From: an uncultured Rhabdochlamydiaceae bacterium
GTDB taxonomy: Bacteria > Chlamydiota > Chlamydiia > Chlamydiales > Rhabdochlamydiaceae
Assembly (NCBI GenBank): GCA_963712275.1
Contig: CAVQHD010000001.1
Location: 1,376,001-1,440,000, forward strand
Length of the DNA stretch: 64,000 nucleotides
Direction: 5' to 3'
Made by a program: the position numbers and the translations under genes. The notes under the pieces are model-generated. The model had not been told where the DNA came from and searched no databases. It saw only the letters and a list, made by a program, of their open reading frames with translations. Positions 38,283 through 48,262 of the stretch are shown here, piece by piece; positions within the stretch are counted from its first letter, which is position 1, and the number at the start of each line of letters is the position of its first letter.

Positions 38283-39437
38283 ATGGAATTTGTTCCTCGA
38301 TTTTTCAAGCCACCCAAGCAAAGTTATTTCCTTTTTGGCCCTCGGGGAACGGGAAAATCAACCTGGCTAAAATCTGAATATCCCACGGCCTTATGGATTG
38401 ACCTTTTAAACCTTGATGTTCTTCGCTTTTATTTAGCAGCCCCTGAGAGGTTGAGAGAGGTTGTAGGAGCTCTTCCTGATGATTCGGTGATAGTCATTGA
38501 TGAAGTACAGAAGATTCCCGAGATCTTGTCAGAAGTTCACGGTCTTATAGAGCAAAAAAGGGGATTAAAATTCATCCTCACAGGATCGAGTGCTAGAAAA
38601 TTGAAAAGGGCGGGAGTTGATTTGTTAGCAGGACGGGCTCTTTTGAAATACATGCCTCCCTTTTTTGCAGGAGAGCTCGGATCTCACTTTAACTTGCAAA
38701 AAGCCCTGGAAGTAGGGATGGTTCCACTGATTATACTTTCGGAATCTCCAAAGGAAGTTCTCCAGACTTACGCGGGAATTTATCTCAAAGAAGAAGTTTA
38801 TGCAGAGGGTCTGGTGAGAAGGATTGATGACTTTGCTCGCTTTTTAGAAGTGATTAGTTTTTCTCATGCTAATCAAATCAATCTTTCGAATATTGCTCGT
38901 GAATGCGAGATATCTAGAAAAACAATTGAGGGCTATATGCAGATTTTACAGGATCTGCTTTTAGCATTTATTGTTCCCATTTTTTCTCAAAGGGCTCAGC
39001 GAGTGCTTTCCCAGCATCCCAAGCTTTATCTTTTTGATGCGGGAGTTTTTCGTTCTCTAAGGCCGCAAAGCTTAAAAGATCAAAGCTTAGAATTACAAGG
39101 AGCTGCTCTTGAAGGATTAGTGGCTCAACATATTAAAGCCTGGATTAACAGCCAAGTTGGGAATTATCAAATCAGCTTTTGGCGTACGCAAGGGGGGTTG
39201 GAAGTCGATTTTATTGTGCTAGGGCCTGAAGGATTTTGGGCTATTGAAGTCAAAAACAGCTCTAGAATTCATTCTCGTGATTTACGTAGTTTAAAAGAAT
39301 TTAAGAAAGACTATCCGGAATGCGTGCCTCTTCTTCTCTTCCGAGGAAGCACCCGCCTTAAAAAGGACGGTATCCTTTGCATTCCTTGCGAAGAGTTTCT
39401 TCTTCAAATTCATCCGGATAAAAAGGCTCTTTTTTAG
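38283..39437 (+). CDS. AAA_14 ATPase with DUF4143 C-terminal domain
   Basis: GPRGTGKS, IDEVQ, LTGSS, LAGR, PKLYLFDAG, EVDFI and AIEVK motifs. Confidence 0.9.
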   Translation: MEFVPRFFKPPKQSYFLFGPRGTGKSTWLKSEYPTALWIDLLNLDVLRFYLAAPERLREVVGALPDDSVIVIDEVQKIPEILSEVHGLIEQKRGLKFILTGSSARKLKRAGVDLLAGRALLKYMPPFFAGELGSHFNLQKALEVGMVPLIILSESPKEVLQTYAGIYLKEEVYAEGLVRRIDDFARFLEVISFSHANQINLSNIARECEISRKTIEGYMQILQDLLLAFIVPIFSQRAQRVLSQHPKLYLFDAGVFRSLRPQSLKDQSLELQGAALEGLVAQHIKAWINSQVGNYQISFWRTQGGLEVDFIVLGPEGFWAIEVKNSSRIHSRDLRSLKEFKKDYPECVPLLLFRGSTRLKKDGILCIPCEEFLLQIHPDKKALF

Positions 39438-39440
39438 TTA

Positions 39441-40322
39441 TTAAAGAACAGCTGTGGCAGGCATTCCCATGGCGTGAAAGCCGTTGTCGACGTAAAGGGT
39501 AACGCCAGTGATGGCGGAGGCTGCTGGAGAGGCTAGGAAGAGGGCGGCAAGGCCGACTTCTTCGGCTTGGAGTTCTTTAGCAAGGGGGGCATTGGCTTTA
39601 TAGTAAGCAATCATGTGATCAATTGCGCCGATGGCTTTTGCGGCACGGCTTCCAAGAGGCCCTGCAGAAATGGTGTTGACGCGGATCTCCCATTTGCGTC
39701 CTGCTTCCCAGGCGAGCGTACGGGTATCACTTTCGAGAGCTGCTTTGGCAGAGCTCATCCCTCCTCCATATCCTGGAATGGCGCGCTCTGATGCGAGATA
39801 AGTCAGAGAAATAGTAGAGCCCCCCTTATGCATGAGAGGGCCAAAGTGTTGAAGAAGGCTGACAAAAGAATAAGCGGAAGAGCTAACGGCGGCAAGGTAG
39901 CCATTTCGAGAGGTTTCAAGGAGAGGTTTTTTAACTTCAGGTCCGTTCGCAAGGGAATGGACAAGGATGTCGATTTCCCCAAATTCTTCTTTAACCTTGG
40001 CTGCTACTTCAGAAATGGTGTATCCAGAGGCTCCTTGATACCGTTTATTGTCGCGAACCTCGGCTGGGACATCTTCTGGTTTGTCAAATGCAGCGTCTAG
40101 CGAATAGACTTTGAGGTATTCCATGAGTTTTCCGCTTGATAGTTTGCGCGACTCATCAAATTTGCCAAGAGCCCATGATTGAGTGAAAATTTTAACGATC
40201 GGAGTCCAAGTACCAATGAGGAGCTCAGCTCCTGCATCTGCAAGGGCTTTGGCAATCGCCCAGCCATATCCTTGATCGTCTCCAATTCCGGCGATAAATG
40301 CTTTTTTACCTTTCAAGTCCAT
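39441..40322 (-). CDS. fabI: Enoyl-ACP reductase (chlamydial/plant type)
   Basis: [37 protein letters not shown] and ISAGPL motifs. Confidence 0.96.
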   Translation of the reverse strand: MDLKGKKAFIAGIGDDQGYGWAIAKALADAGAELLIGTWTPIVKIFTQSWALGKFDESRKLSSGKLMEYLKVYSLDAAFDKPEDVPAEVRDNKRYQGASGYTISEVAAKVKEEFGEIDILVHSLANGPEVKKPLLETSRNGYLAAVSSSAYSFVSLLQHFGPLMHKGGSTISLTYLASERAIPGYGGGMSSAKAALESDTRTLAWEAGRKWEIRVNTISAGPLGSRAAKAIGAIDHMIAYYKANAPLAKELQAEEVGLAALFLASPAASAITGVTLYVDNGFHAMGMPATAVL

Positions 40323-40329
40323 AGACCTC

Positions 40330-41253
40330 TCAAGTTACTTTAGAAGCGGCAAGTTTTTTAGCCGTCTCTTCTTTTCGGGTGCGATAAAGGATGTACAGGT
40401 TGCTTCCAACGATGACAACAGCACCGACCAGGGTGAACACATCAGGCGGCTTATTCCACCAGAACAAGTCAAAGGCAACAACCCAGAAAAGAGTCGAGTA
40501 GTCAATAGGAGCCAAGATAGATCCTTGAGCAAATCGAAGGGCTTGAGCAATTGCATATTGTCCCGTTGCTGCAATGACACCGACAATGGCAAAGAGCCCC
40601 CAATGCTCCAGCGGCATCGGCTGCCATTTGTTGATGAGAAAAGGGAATGTCGCGAGCATCATCACTACATTAGGGTAGATGGCAATTGCTAAACTGTGCT
40701 CTGTAGCAGCAAGTTTGCGCATCAAAATTTTGTTCAAAGCGCCTGCGAAAGTTCCAAAAAGAACTATAAGGGCAGCGATCTCAAAGAGATTAGTGCCGGG
40801 GCGCATAGCTATGACCACACCAACCATCCCAATGCCAACGGCCACCCATCGATCCCAAGAAACTGCCTCCTTGAGCATCAGGGCGCTCAAGATGATCATA
40901 AAGAGGGAAGAGGTATAGCTGAGCGTGTAAATCGTCGTAAGAGAGGAGATAGAAAAGGCATACATGAAAGAGTAGGTATAGGCGAGGCTGACAAGGAGTC
41001 GGACTGCGTGGCGCAAAGGGTGACTTGTTCCAAGGACTTTTTTAACGCCTCCTTGAAAAAACATCATCACAAGTAGAGGGACAAGCCGTGTAACGGATCG
41101 CAAAAAAGCGGCTTGATCAACAGAGTAGGTCTTCATCAAGTGCTTGATAAGGGCGTCTGCTAATGCATAGAGAGCAAGCGCTGAAATCATGAGCACAATA
41201 CCAAGAACAGATCGATTTTGCAGCTGTCTGCTGGCATTTGATCCGATTGACAT
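40330..41253 (-). CDS. DMT/EamA family transporter
   Basis: About ten TM helices in two EamA repeats; LKEAV..RW and LAPIDY motifs. Confidence 0.9.
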   Translation of the reverse strand: MSIGSNASRQLQNRSVLGIVLMISALALYALADALIKHLMKTYSVDQAAFLRSVTRLVPLLVMMFFQGGVKKVLGTSHPLRHAVRLLVSLAYTYSFMYAFSISSLTTIYTLSYTSSLFMIILSALMLKEAVSWDRWVAVGIGMVGVVIAMRPGTNLFEIAALIVLFGTFAGALNKILMRKLAATEHSLAIAIYPNVVMMLATFPFLINKWQPMPLEHWGLFAIVGVIAATGQYAIAQALRFAQGSILAPIDYSTLFWVVAFDLFWWNKPPDVFTLVGAVVIVGSNLYILYRTRKEETAKKLAASKVT

Positions 41254-41310
41254 GAAACCTCCACAAAATAAAGGAGTTAGCCTACCACAGCAGATAGAAG
41301 ATGTAAACCT

Positions 41311-42657
41311 TTATTTCGGTAGAGCGATTTCTTCTTCAAGGGCTTCTGGGCGGATTTGTCCGAGGTATTTCGGTAGTTCAAGTCCTGCCATTGAGGCGAC
41401 ATCATGAAGGGCGGGGAGGGACTTGACGAGTTGGCTCATAAAGTTAGAAGTTGAAGACCCCTTACTTGAATCGCCACTATCCCAGACGGTAATTTTATCG
41501 ATTTTGATATTTTTAATTGCTTCAACCTGAAGTTTAACAATTTCTTCCAATTTTTCAATGAGAAGCATCGTAGAGGCGCTTTTGGCGTCGTTCCCACACG
41601 CTTCAACGAGTTGTTTATACCCTTTTGCTTTGGCATCCAAAAGCTTTTGAATTCCTTCTGCCTCGGCTTGCCGCATAGCAAGAATTGCGGCGGCTTCTCC
41701 CTTTGCGACTAAAATCTTGCTTTGCGCCTCAGCTTCGGCTTCAATCTGAATTTTTTTCTTTTTAATCTCTTGAGGAACAATTTGATCGGCTTCCAGAAAC
41801 TGCGTTTGAGCTAGCGCACGCGCTTTTTGAATTTCTGCTTCCGCATACTGTTTAGCGACCTGGCTTCGCTGAGCCGCTTCAGCCTCTTTTTCGGCGAGTA
41901 TAGCGTTTGTTAAAGCGATTTGTGCTTTAGAATCGTTTTCTCCTTTGACAGCCTCCGCATTGAAAGAGGCAACAGAGACCCTCCGATCCCTTTCTGCAAG
42001 CGCTTTTCCAATATCCCCTTGTTTTTCCTGCTCAGCCACATCAACTTTGGCTTGATTGACAGCGGTTGCAGAGGCTTTTTTCCCAATGCTATCAATATAC
42101 TCGGACTCGTCTGTAATATCTGTGATATTGACGTTAAGAAGAGTTAATCCAATTTTATGAAGCTCAGGCTCGATATTCTTCTTAATCGACTCTAAAAAAC
42201 GTTCTCGGTCTTGATTAATCTCCTCAATGCGAAGGGAAGCGACTGTCAAACGGAGCTGGCCAACGATGATTTCAGTTGCCATCGATTCGATTCCTTTGTG
42301 ATCTAAATCGAGCAAGCGCACAGCGGCATTGTTCATAATGTCAGGTGTGATGCCGACAGCAACTGTGAAGGTGCTTGGAACATTCACTCGAATGTTTTGA
42401 TGAGAGAGAGCTCCCTTTAAAGGAATATGGATGTTACGAGGGGTTAAGTCTAAAAAGGCGTAACCTTGGATAAGAGGCCATACAAATGTGCCGCCGCCAT
42501 GATAACATTGAACAGTTTTACTGCCGCCAACGCGTCCATAGACAACGAGAATTTTATTAGAGGGGCATCGTCGATAGAGCCGCGCAAGAAAGATAACAGT
42601 TGAGAATAAGAAAAGGAGAAATAAACAAACTGTAAAACTCAAATATGAGTTATCCAT
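41311..42657 (-). CDS. Flotillin-like SPFH protein
   Basis: N-terminal TM helix, SPFH domain (GGGTFVWP, GQLR, INQDRE) and AEA repeats. Confidence 0.9.
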   Translation of the reverse strand: MDNSYLSFTVCLFLLFLFSTVIFLARLYRRCPSNKILVVYGRVGGSKTVQCYHGGGTFVWPLIQGYAFLDLTPRNIHIPLKGALSHQNIRVNVPSTFTVAVGITPDIMNNAAVRLLDLDHKGIESMATEIIVGQLRLTVASLRIEEINQDRERFLESIKKNIEPELHKIGLTLLNVNITDITDESEYIDSIGKKASATAVNQAKVDVAEQEKQGDIGKALAERDRRVSVASFNAEAVKGENDSKAQIALTNAILAEKEAEAAQRSQVAKQYAEAEIQKARALAQTQFLEADQIVPQEIKKKKIQIEAEAEAQSKILVAKGEAAAILAMRQAEAEGIQKLLDAKAKGYKQLVEACGNDAKSASTMLLIEKLEEIVKLQVEAIKNIKIDKITVWDSGDSSKGSSTSNFMSQLVKSLPALHDVASMAGLELPKYLGQIRPEALEEEIALPK

Positions 42658-42666
42658 GAATAACCT

Positions 42667-43206
42667 TTATTTTATTGGGACGACAACAACGGTGGTGTCA
42701 TCCGATTTTTTAATCACGTGTACTTGAGTGAAGGAAGCAAGCTCCTTGTGATGAAGAGAAACAGCATCGATTTCATATGTAAAGTCTTCGAGAGAAATCG
42801 AGATTTTTCCTATTCCATTTTCGGGGATACGATGATAAACCACCCCATTTTTTCCTACGGCGTCATCAATTTTAAAGACCGTTCCTGAGCTTTGTAGTTT
42901 TTTGGCAACTCGAAAAATGGATCCGATGATGAGAATGGATAGGAGGCCTACCCCAAAGGCAATTAAACTGGATGCAGCATTTGTAAATTCAAACTCTTTT
43001 CTACAGGTTAGCCCCACCCATCCAAACATCATGATGAAGCCTGTCAATGCTTGCTTGGAAAGCCATTTGAAATCCCCGCTCTCTTCGTGGTTATCCATTC
43101 CCAAGAGGCTTAAAATGAATTGAATGACAAACACGCTGGATCCTCCTAGGGCAAAGAGCCAGAAGAGAGTGTCTTTTCGCAAAAGATGATTGATAGCCTC
43201 TAACAT
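42667..43206 (-). CDS. NfeD-like (YuaF-type) membrane protein
   Basis: Three TM helices and an OB-fold-like C-terminus (GKNGVVYHRIP...GKI); directly upstream of flotillin. Confidence 0.8.
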   Translation of the reverse strand: MLEAINHLLRKDTLFWLFALGGSSVFVIQFILSLLGMDNHEESGDFKWLSKQALTGFIMMFGWVGLTCRKEFEFTNAASSLIAFGVGLLSILIIGSIFRVAKKLQSSGTVFKIDDAVGKNGVVYHRIPENGIGKISISLEDFTYEIDAVSLHHKELASFTQVHVIKKSDDTTVVVVPIK

Positions 43207-43264
43207 AACGAGGCAAATTATCGCAGAGCGCGATGAAAAAAATCAACCGAAGAATTTTACTGAT

Positions 43265-44353
43265 TTAATTTTTTGGATTGGAAACAACAAAAAAATCAAC
43301 GGTTTCGGTGTCTGTGGTACAATTAGTCAAGTAAGGGTAGACCTTATTATGTTGTTCAACTGTATGATACAAGTCGTTTAAATGAGATTTAAAATATTTA
43401 GTGAATAATTCTTTTTCCCAACGATCGAGGTTTGCTGCGTATTCTTCAGAATCGACTGGGCCTAGTTGATCCTGTTTGTCGTGTAATGCAAGAGGAATGG
43501 TTAACGAGTAATTCGAAGGATTAAAAAATTCTTTTTCACCGAAGCAATTGGCAGGACATTTAACATCAAGCTCAAAAGTAATTTGGCTTTTGGAAGATTG
43601 GAGTAGAATAGAAAACCTTTTTGCAAAATCCGAATTAAGTGCCTTTACTGTTGAAATATCAACAACAACTTTTTGAAATAAACCTTTAACTAAATTAAGT
43701 CCTTCCTGCTGGTTAAAATCTAGCCAGAGATGAAGCCGATCGGAAGAAGTCTCTACGCGACGACCTCCTTCTGACGGAAGTAGTGCAATATCTGCAGAGA
43801 CCCACACTTCATTTTCCTCTGCTTCGCCTAAATCAGAGGGAAGCGGTTCAATGGGAGTTCTTCCTATAAAAAGACAAATCTTTTTTCCTTGAGCTTGATA
43901 ACCCTTAATTTTTAAAACAACAGCCCCAAAATTGTAATTGTTAGCCATTGCAGAAAGATCGCTGAGAGAGCAATCACTAGAGAATTTCATGAGGTTGGGT
44001 ACAACGTTTTCTCTCCAGGATTTATTGATACTTTCTGTACACGTTTTCCATTGCTTGTTTAAAGAGCCTTGTAGATTAAGGGACTGTTTAAATTTAGGTG
44101 TCAAACGATCAAGCTGCTGTTTTGCTGTGACTGTTTTTTCTACAAGGGACTTAGCCTTATTCTCAAAGTGCATTTTTCGAAAAATAAGGGCAATTCCGAA
44201 AGAAGCCATGGCTAGAAAGAGATTGCCTACAGAGTGTTTTTGCCATAGATGGTCAAAGCACTCTGCCTCGGCTTGTCTACAATGATCCGCGTTCTCAGGG
44301 TCGTACTCTTGCCCATTAATCTGACATGTATTTAAAAACGACTGGGACGTCAT
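43265..44353 (-). CDS. Hypothetical protein, paralog 1
   Basis: Highly similar to 44480-45493; ATG at 44353 aligns with the paralog start. Confidence 0.75.
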   Translation of the reverse strand: MTSQSFLNTCQINGQEYDPENADHCRQAEAECFDHLWQKHSVGNLFLAMASFGIALIFRKMHFENKAKSLVEKTVTAKQQLDRLTPKFKQSLNLQGSLNKQWKTCTESINKSWRENVVPNLMKFSSDCSLSDLSAMANNYNFGAVVLKIKGYQAQGKKICLFIGRTPIEPLPSDLGEAEENEVWVSADIALLPSEGGRRVETSSDRLHLWLDFNQQEGLNLVKGLFQKVVVDISTVKALNSDFAKRFSILLQSSKSQITFELDVKCPANCFGEKEFFNPSNYSLTIPLALHDKQDQLGPVDSEEYAANLDRWEKELFTKYFKSHLNDLYHTVEQHNKVYPYLTNCTTDTETVDFFVVSNPKN

Positions 44354-44479
44354 TTTAGTTACTCCAATATTTATTATATAAATCAATTATAACACATTTT
44401 TGTATTAATTAAAATTAATTGTTAACATATTATTAATATTTATACAAAAAATTGATAAGTCGTTTAAATTCAGCTGGAT

Positions 44480-45493
44480 CTAAGAAGGTGTTATTGGATT
44501 GGAAACAACAAAATAATTAACACTTTCGTTTTTTGTGGTATAATTACTTGTATAAGGATAGACACTGTTGCATTTTTGAACTTGATGATATAAACTTTTT
44601 AAGTGAGAAGTGAAATATTGAGTGGATAAGTCGTCTGCCCAATTGTCGAAACCTTCGGGTCCTCGATCGGTTTGTTGCTTAATAAACACCCCTAGAGGAA
44701 TATTAAGAGAGTAACGAGAGGGGTCAAAAGATTCTTGTTTAGCGTTATTCATATATTGGATAGAATATCTTGCACAAGTTTCAAAAATGATTTGGCTTTG
44801 AAGTTGAGGTTGAGGGGGTTGCAACAGAACGGAGAACCTTTTGACGAAATCAGAATTAAAAACTTTTGTTGTTGAAATATCAACAACAACTTTTTGAAAT
44901 AAACCTTTAACTAAATTAAGTCCTTCCTGCTGGTTAAAATCTAGCCAGAGATGAAGCCGATCGGAAGGAGTTTCTATACGACGGCCTGATTCTGTCGGAA
45001 CTGGTAAAAGGTCTGCAGAGACCCATACTTCATCTTTCTCTGCTTCGCCTAAATCAGAGGGAAGCGGTTCAGTGGGAGTTCTTCCTATAAAAAGACAAAC
45101 TCTTTTTCCTTGAGCTTGATAATTTTTAATTTTTAAAACAACAGCCCCAAAATTGTAATTATCCATGGCTTTTTTAGAAGGAGCTCTGAGCGAAGGGGTG
45201 GGTCTGATGCATTCCAGGATGTGAGGGGCAATGTTTTCTCTCCATGACTTGTTGGCTTCATGTACTGTGACTGTTTTTTCTACAAGGGACTTAGCCTCAT
45301 TCTCAAAGTGCATTTTTCGAAAAATAAGGGCAATTCCGAAAGAAGCCATGGCTAGAAAGAGATTGCCTATAGAGTGTTTTTGCCATAGATGGTCAAAGCA
45401 CTCTGCCTCAGCTTGTCTACGATGATCCTCGTTTCCAGGGTCGTACTCTTGGCCATTAATCTGGTATGTGTTTAAAAACGATGAGGACGTCAT
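44480..45493 (-). CDS. Hypothetical protein, paralog 2
   Basis: Shares its N-terminus, the central CLFIGRTP...LHLWLDFN...VVVDIST block and upstream DNA with paralog 1. Confidence 0.75.
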   Translation of the reverse strand: MTSSSFLNTYQINGQEYDPGNEDHRRQAEAECFDHLWQKHSIGNLFLAMASFGIALIFRKMHFENEAKSLVEKTVTVHEANKSWRENIAPHILECIRPTPSLRAPSKKAMDNYNFGAVVLKIKNYQAQGKRVCLFIGRTPTEPLPSDLGEAEKDEVWVSADLLPVPTESGRRIETPSDRLHLWLDFNQQEGLNLVKGLFQKVVVDISTTKVFNSDFVKRFSVLLQPPQPQLQSQIIFETCARYSIQYMNNAKQESFDPSRYSLNIPLGVFIKQQTDRGPEGFDNWADDLSTQYFTSHLKSLYHQVQKCNSVYPYTSNYTTKNESVNYFVVSNPITPS

Positions 45494-45740
45494 TTTAGTT
45501 GCTCCAACGTTTATTATTATTTAAATTAATTATAACACATTTTTGTATTAATTAAAATTAATTGTTAACATGTTATTAATATTTATACAAAACTTAATAA
45601 GTCGCTTAAGTTTAGCTACATCTAAAATGCCTTTTTCAGCCAATGGCGTCTTTGATCGGAGAAATGTTTTAAGTGTTTTACAATCAGATAGTTAGAAAAA
45701 TGGACTTGAAAAGTCCAAAAATACGACAAAAATGGACCTT

Positions 45741-45923
45741 TTAACCTTTATATTTTCTCATCATGAGGCGCTTCCACCCTTCTGCAGAGAGAAGGCGGGC
45801 TGAAGGCGGCTGAGCTTTATTGTGTTTTGGGCCGTGACTTTGTTGTGCTTTAGGTGAGGCTGGTGGTTTGATGCGGCGGCGCGATGTTATCTTAGAAAGC
45901 TTTTTAAGCGCTTTTTTCCACAT
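45741..45923 (-). CDS. Small basic hypothetical protein
   Basis: 60-aa Lys/Arg-rich ORF with a strong GGAGGAG RBS. Confidence 0.55.
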   Translation of the reverse strand: MWKKALKKLSKITSRRRIKPPASPKAQQSHGPKHNKAQPPSARLLSAEGWKRLMMRKYKG

Positions 45924-46032
45924 AACTCCTCCCTCTTAAGTTCATTGTAGAATGGATTCGGCATGGTGTCAAGTATTTTTTTTAGTCGTACGGTGGCTCT
46001 TTTTCCGGTAGGATGAAAGAAAAAGAGGTGGT

Positions 46033-46446
46033 ATGTCAAAAATCGCAATCGATTATGAGGGGAATTTGCGGACGCGGGCGGTTCATCAGGGAAGCGGAGC
46101 TGCTATCCAGACCGATGCTCCTAAAGACAACCACGGGAAAGGAGAGCTTTTTTCTCCAACAGATTTACTTGCGGCAGCTCTTGGAACCTGTGTGCTGACA
46201 TTGATGGGAATCATGGCTCAGAGACTGAAGGTGGAGCTAAAGGGGCTCAGAGCGACTGTCGAGAAAGAGATGGCGCCCTTGCCTTCTCGAAAGGTTGGGC
46301 GGCTAGTTGTCCATGTCTACGCTCTAAATCAATTAGACCTGGAAACCGCCTCCAAATTGGAAGCGGCAGGAGCTGGATGTCCTGTCCATCATAGCCTTCA
46401 CCCAGACGTTCAACAAGAGATCGTTTTTCATTGGGGAAAAGCGTGA
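46033..46446 (+). CDS. OsmC family protein
   Basis: TDAP, FSPTDLLAAALGTC and CPVHHSL motifs. Confidence 0.92.
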   Translation: MSKIAIDYEGNLRTRAVHQGSGAAIQTDAPKDNHGKGELFSPTDLLAAALGTCVLTLMGIMAQRLKVELKGLRATVEKEMAPLPSRKVGRLVVHVYALNQLDLETASKLEAAGAGCPVHHSLHPDVQQEIVFHWGKA

Positions 46447-47459
46447 AATTTTTAGCGGAAGCTCCATTTGAAAAACATTTAAAGCAGTCCTACCCGGACC
46501 ACTTGTCTCGTCTCTACCTTTTTATTTCTCCCTGCGACTATGAGCGGCGTCTATGGACGGAGCATCTCTTAAGCCTTCTAAAGAACAAAGATCCAACGCT
46601 TCAGGTGATCAGGTTTCATGCAAGGGAAGTCTCGCCGATTGTCATCAGCGAGGAAGTTAGAGCCCCGAGCCTTTGGAAGGGGATGCGGGTACTCATTGTC
46701 GAAGAGATCGATCAAGTTAAACCATTAGACCCTTTTTTTAATCTTCTTCAAAATGTCCCTGAGGATGTGGTTTTGATTTTTGAGGCTGCCGCATCTAAAC
46801 CTATCAGCGAGCTTTATCAAAGAGGGAAAAAAGAGCTGATTGTACTTGATGTCTCTGATGAAAAGCCGTGGCATCGAGAAAAACGGCTATCTGATTGGAT
46901 GAGAGAGCAGGCCCGCAAGGAGGGAAAAAATCTTCCATCCGATGTTGCGCTCCAGCTTCTTCATCAGTTGGGGACTGACCTTGCAACCCTTGATCAAGAA
47001 CTCAAGAAGCTCATCACCTATGTGGGAGAAAAGAAGGTAATCGACAAAGATGATATACAGGCAATTTGTGGATCGATGGACCTCTTAACGGGTTGGCAGC
47101 TGGCAGAGGCTCTCGTTTGGAAGCATCCTGTATCGCTTCACGACAAATTATCCGACCTTAGCTTTGTCTTTCCATTTTTGGGGCAGATTCGTTATCACCT
47201 CCAACTAGGGGCACGGCTTGCAGATCTTCTTGAGCGGGATGTGGCTGTAGTAGATCTTCAGCACCACCTTCCTTCCCTGCGACCTCAACAGCTTGATAAG
47301 TTTGCTCCCATTGCAGCCCAAAGAAAGAGTTCATTTTTTCTCCAAGGCCTTATCAAGCTTTATGAGTTTGAGCTGCTGGCAAAAAGCGTTCCTCTGGACT
47401 TGGGCGCTGCGTTCGATCTGTTCCAAGGAAAGATATACTCCGATCGGTTGAAAAGTTGA
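46443..47459 (+). CDS. holA: DNA polymerase III delta subunit
   Basis: Size, the ELKKLITYVG motif and its position before rsmI, as in Chlamydia; GTG start overlaps the osmC stop. Confidence 0.75.
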   Translation: MKFLAEAPFEKHLKQSYPDHLSRLYLFISPCDYERRLWTEHLLSLLKNKDPTLQVIRFHAREVSPIVISEEVRAPSLWKGMRVLIVEEIDQVKPLDPFFNLLQNVPEDVVLIFEAAASKPISELYQRGKKELIVLDVSDEKPWHREKRLSDWMREQARKEGKNLPSDVALQLLHQLGTDLATLDQELKKLITYVGEKKVIDKDDIQAICGSMDLLTGWQLAEALVWKHPVSLHDKLSDLSFVFPFLGQIRYHLQLGARLADLLERDVAVVDLQHHLPSLRPQQLDKFAPIAAQRKSSFFLQGLIKLYEFELLAKSVPLDLGAAFDLFQGKIYSDRLKS

Positions 47460-47600
47460 CATTTGGGCTGCGTCAAAGCCCCGGGGCTTGGTCATCGCAA
47501 GTGGGTCCGTATTGGATAAATACTGACCCACTTGCGATGACCGAACCGCGGGAGCTTTCACGTCAGCCCAAATGTCAATTTTTCAACCGATCGGAGTATA
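47434..47600. mobile_element. ERIC-like palindromic element at the holA/rsmI junction
   Basis: tatactccgatcggttgaaaa ... ttttcaaccgatcggagtata; near-perfect full-length hairpin. Confidence 0.88.
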
Positions 47601-48262
47601 TGCACAAACTCATTCTGCTTCCTAATGTCCTTCATGAAGAATCGACGTGGAGCTACCATCCTCCTCCTTTTGATGCGCTCATTGCTGAGAGTGAAAAGGG
47701 GGGATATCAGTTTCTGAAGCGATTTGGACTTCAAAAATGCCCCGTTTATATGTTGAATGAGCATACGGAAAACCCTGAAGAGCTTGTTAAAATTCCAGAG
47801 AAAGTAGTTGGATTGATTAGCGATGCAGGGCTTCCCTGCCTTGCCGATCCAGGCGCTCGCGTTGTTGCAGCAGCGCATGGGCTTGCGATTTCTGTTGAGA
47901 CGATCCCAGGGCCCAGCTCGCTCATCATGGCGCTTCAACTTTCAGGTTTTTCAGGACAGGCATTTACCTTTCATGGATACTTTCCCAGAGAAGAACATCG
48001 ACTCTCATCTTTTTTACGACAACTTGATCGGACTTATACCCACCTTTTCATCGAGGCTCCTTATCGTACAAAAAAGGTCTTTGAATGGCTGCTTCACAAG
48101 CTGCCAACGGATGCTCGTCTCTGTGTGGCCTTTGAACTCATGGGCTTTCATTCCTTTGTGCGGACCGATACGGTGAGCGGATGGAAGAAAAGACCTCTTG
48201 AAAATACCAAAGGAAGGGCTGTTTTTTTACTTCGCTTTGGGGGAAGGGAGCATGGTTTCTAA
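47600..48262 (+). CDS. RsmI-like SAM-dependent (tetrapyrrole-methylase fold) methyltransferase
   Basis: LISDAGLPCLADPG, IPGPSS, SGF.GQ.F.FHGY and FIEAPYR motifs; true start MHKLILLP at 47600. Confidence 0.85.
   Translation: MHKLILLPNVLHEESTWSYHPPPFDALIAESEKGGYQFLKRFGLQKCPVYMLNEHTENPEELVKIPEKVVGLISDAGLPCLADPGARVVAAAHGLAISVETIPGPSSLIMALQLSGFSGQAFTFHGYFPREEHRLSSFLRQLDRTYTHLFIEAPYRTKKVFEWLLHKLPTDARLCVAFELMGFHSFVRTDTVSGWKKRPLENTKGRAVFLLRFGGREHGF

Noticed and set aside
47456..47599. 48-aa N-terminal extension of the RsmI-like ORF
   Set aside because: It is the palindromic element read in frame from a TTG; the recognisable protein starts at ATG 47600.
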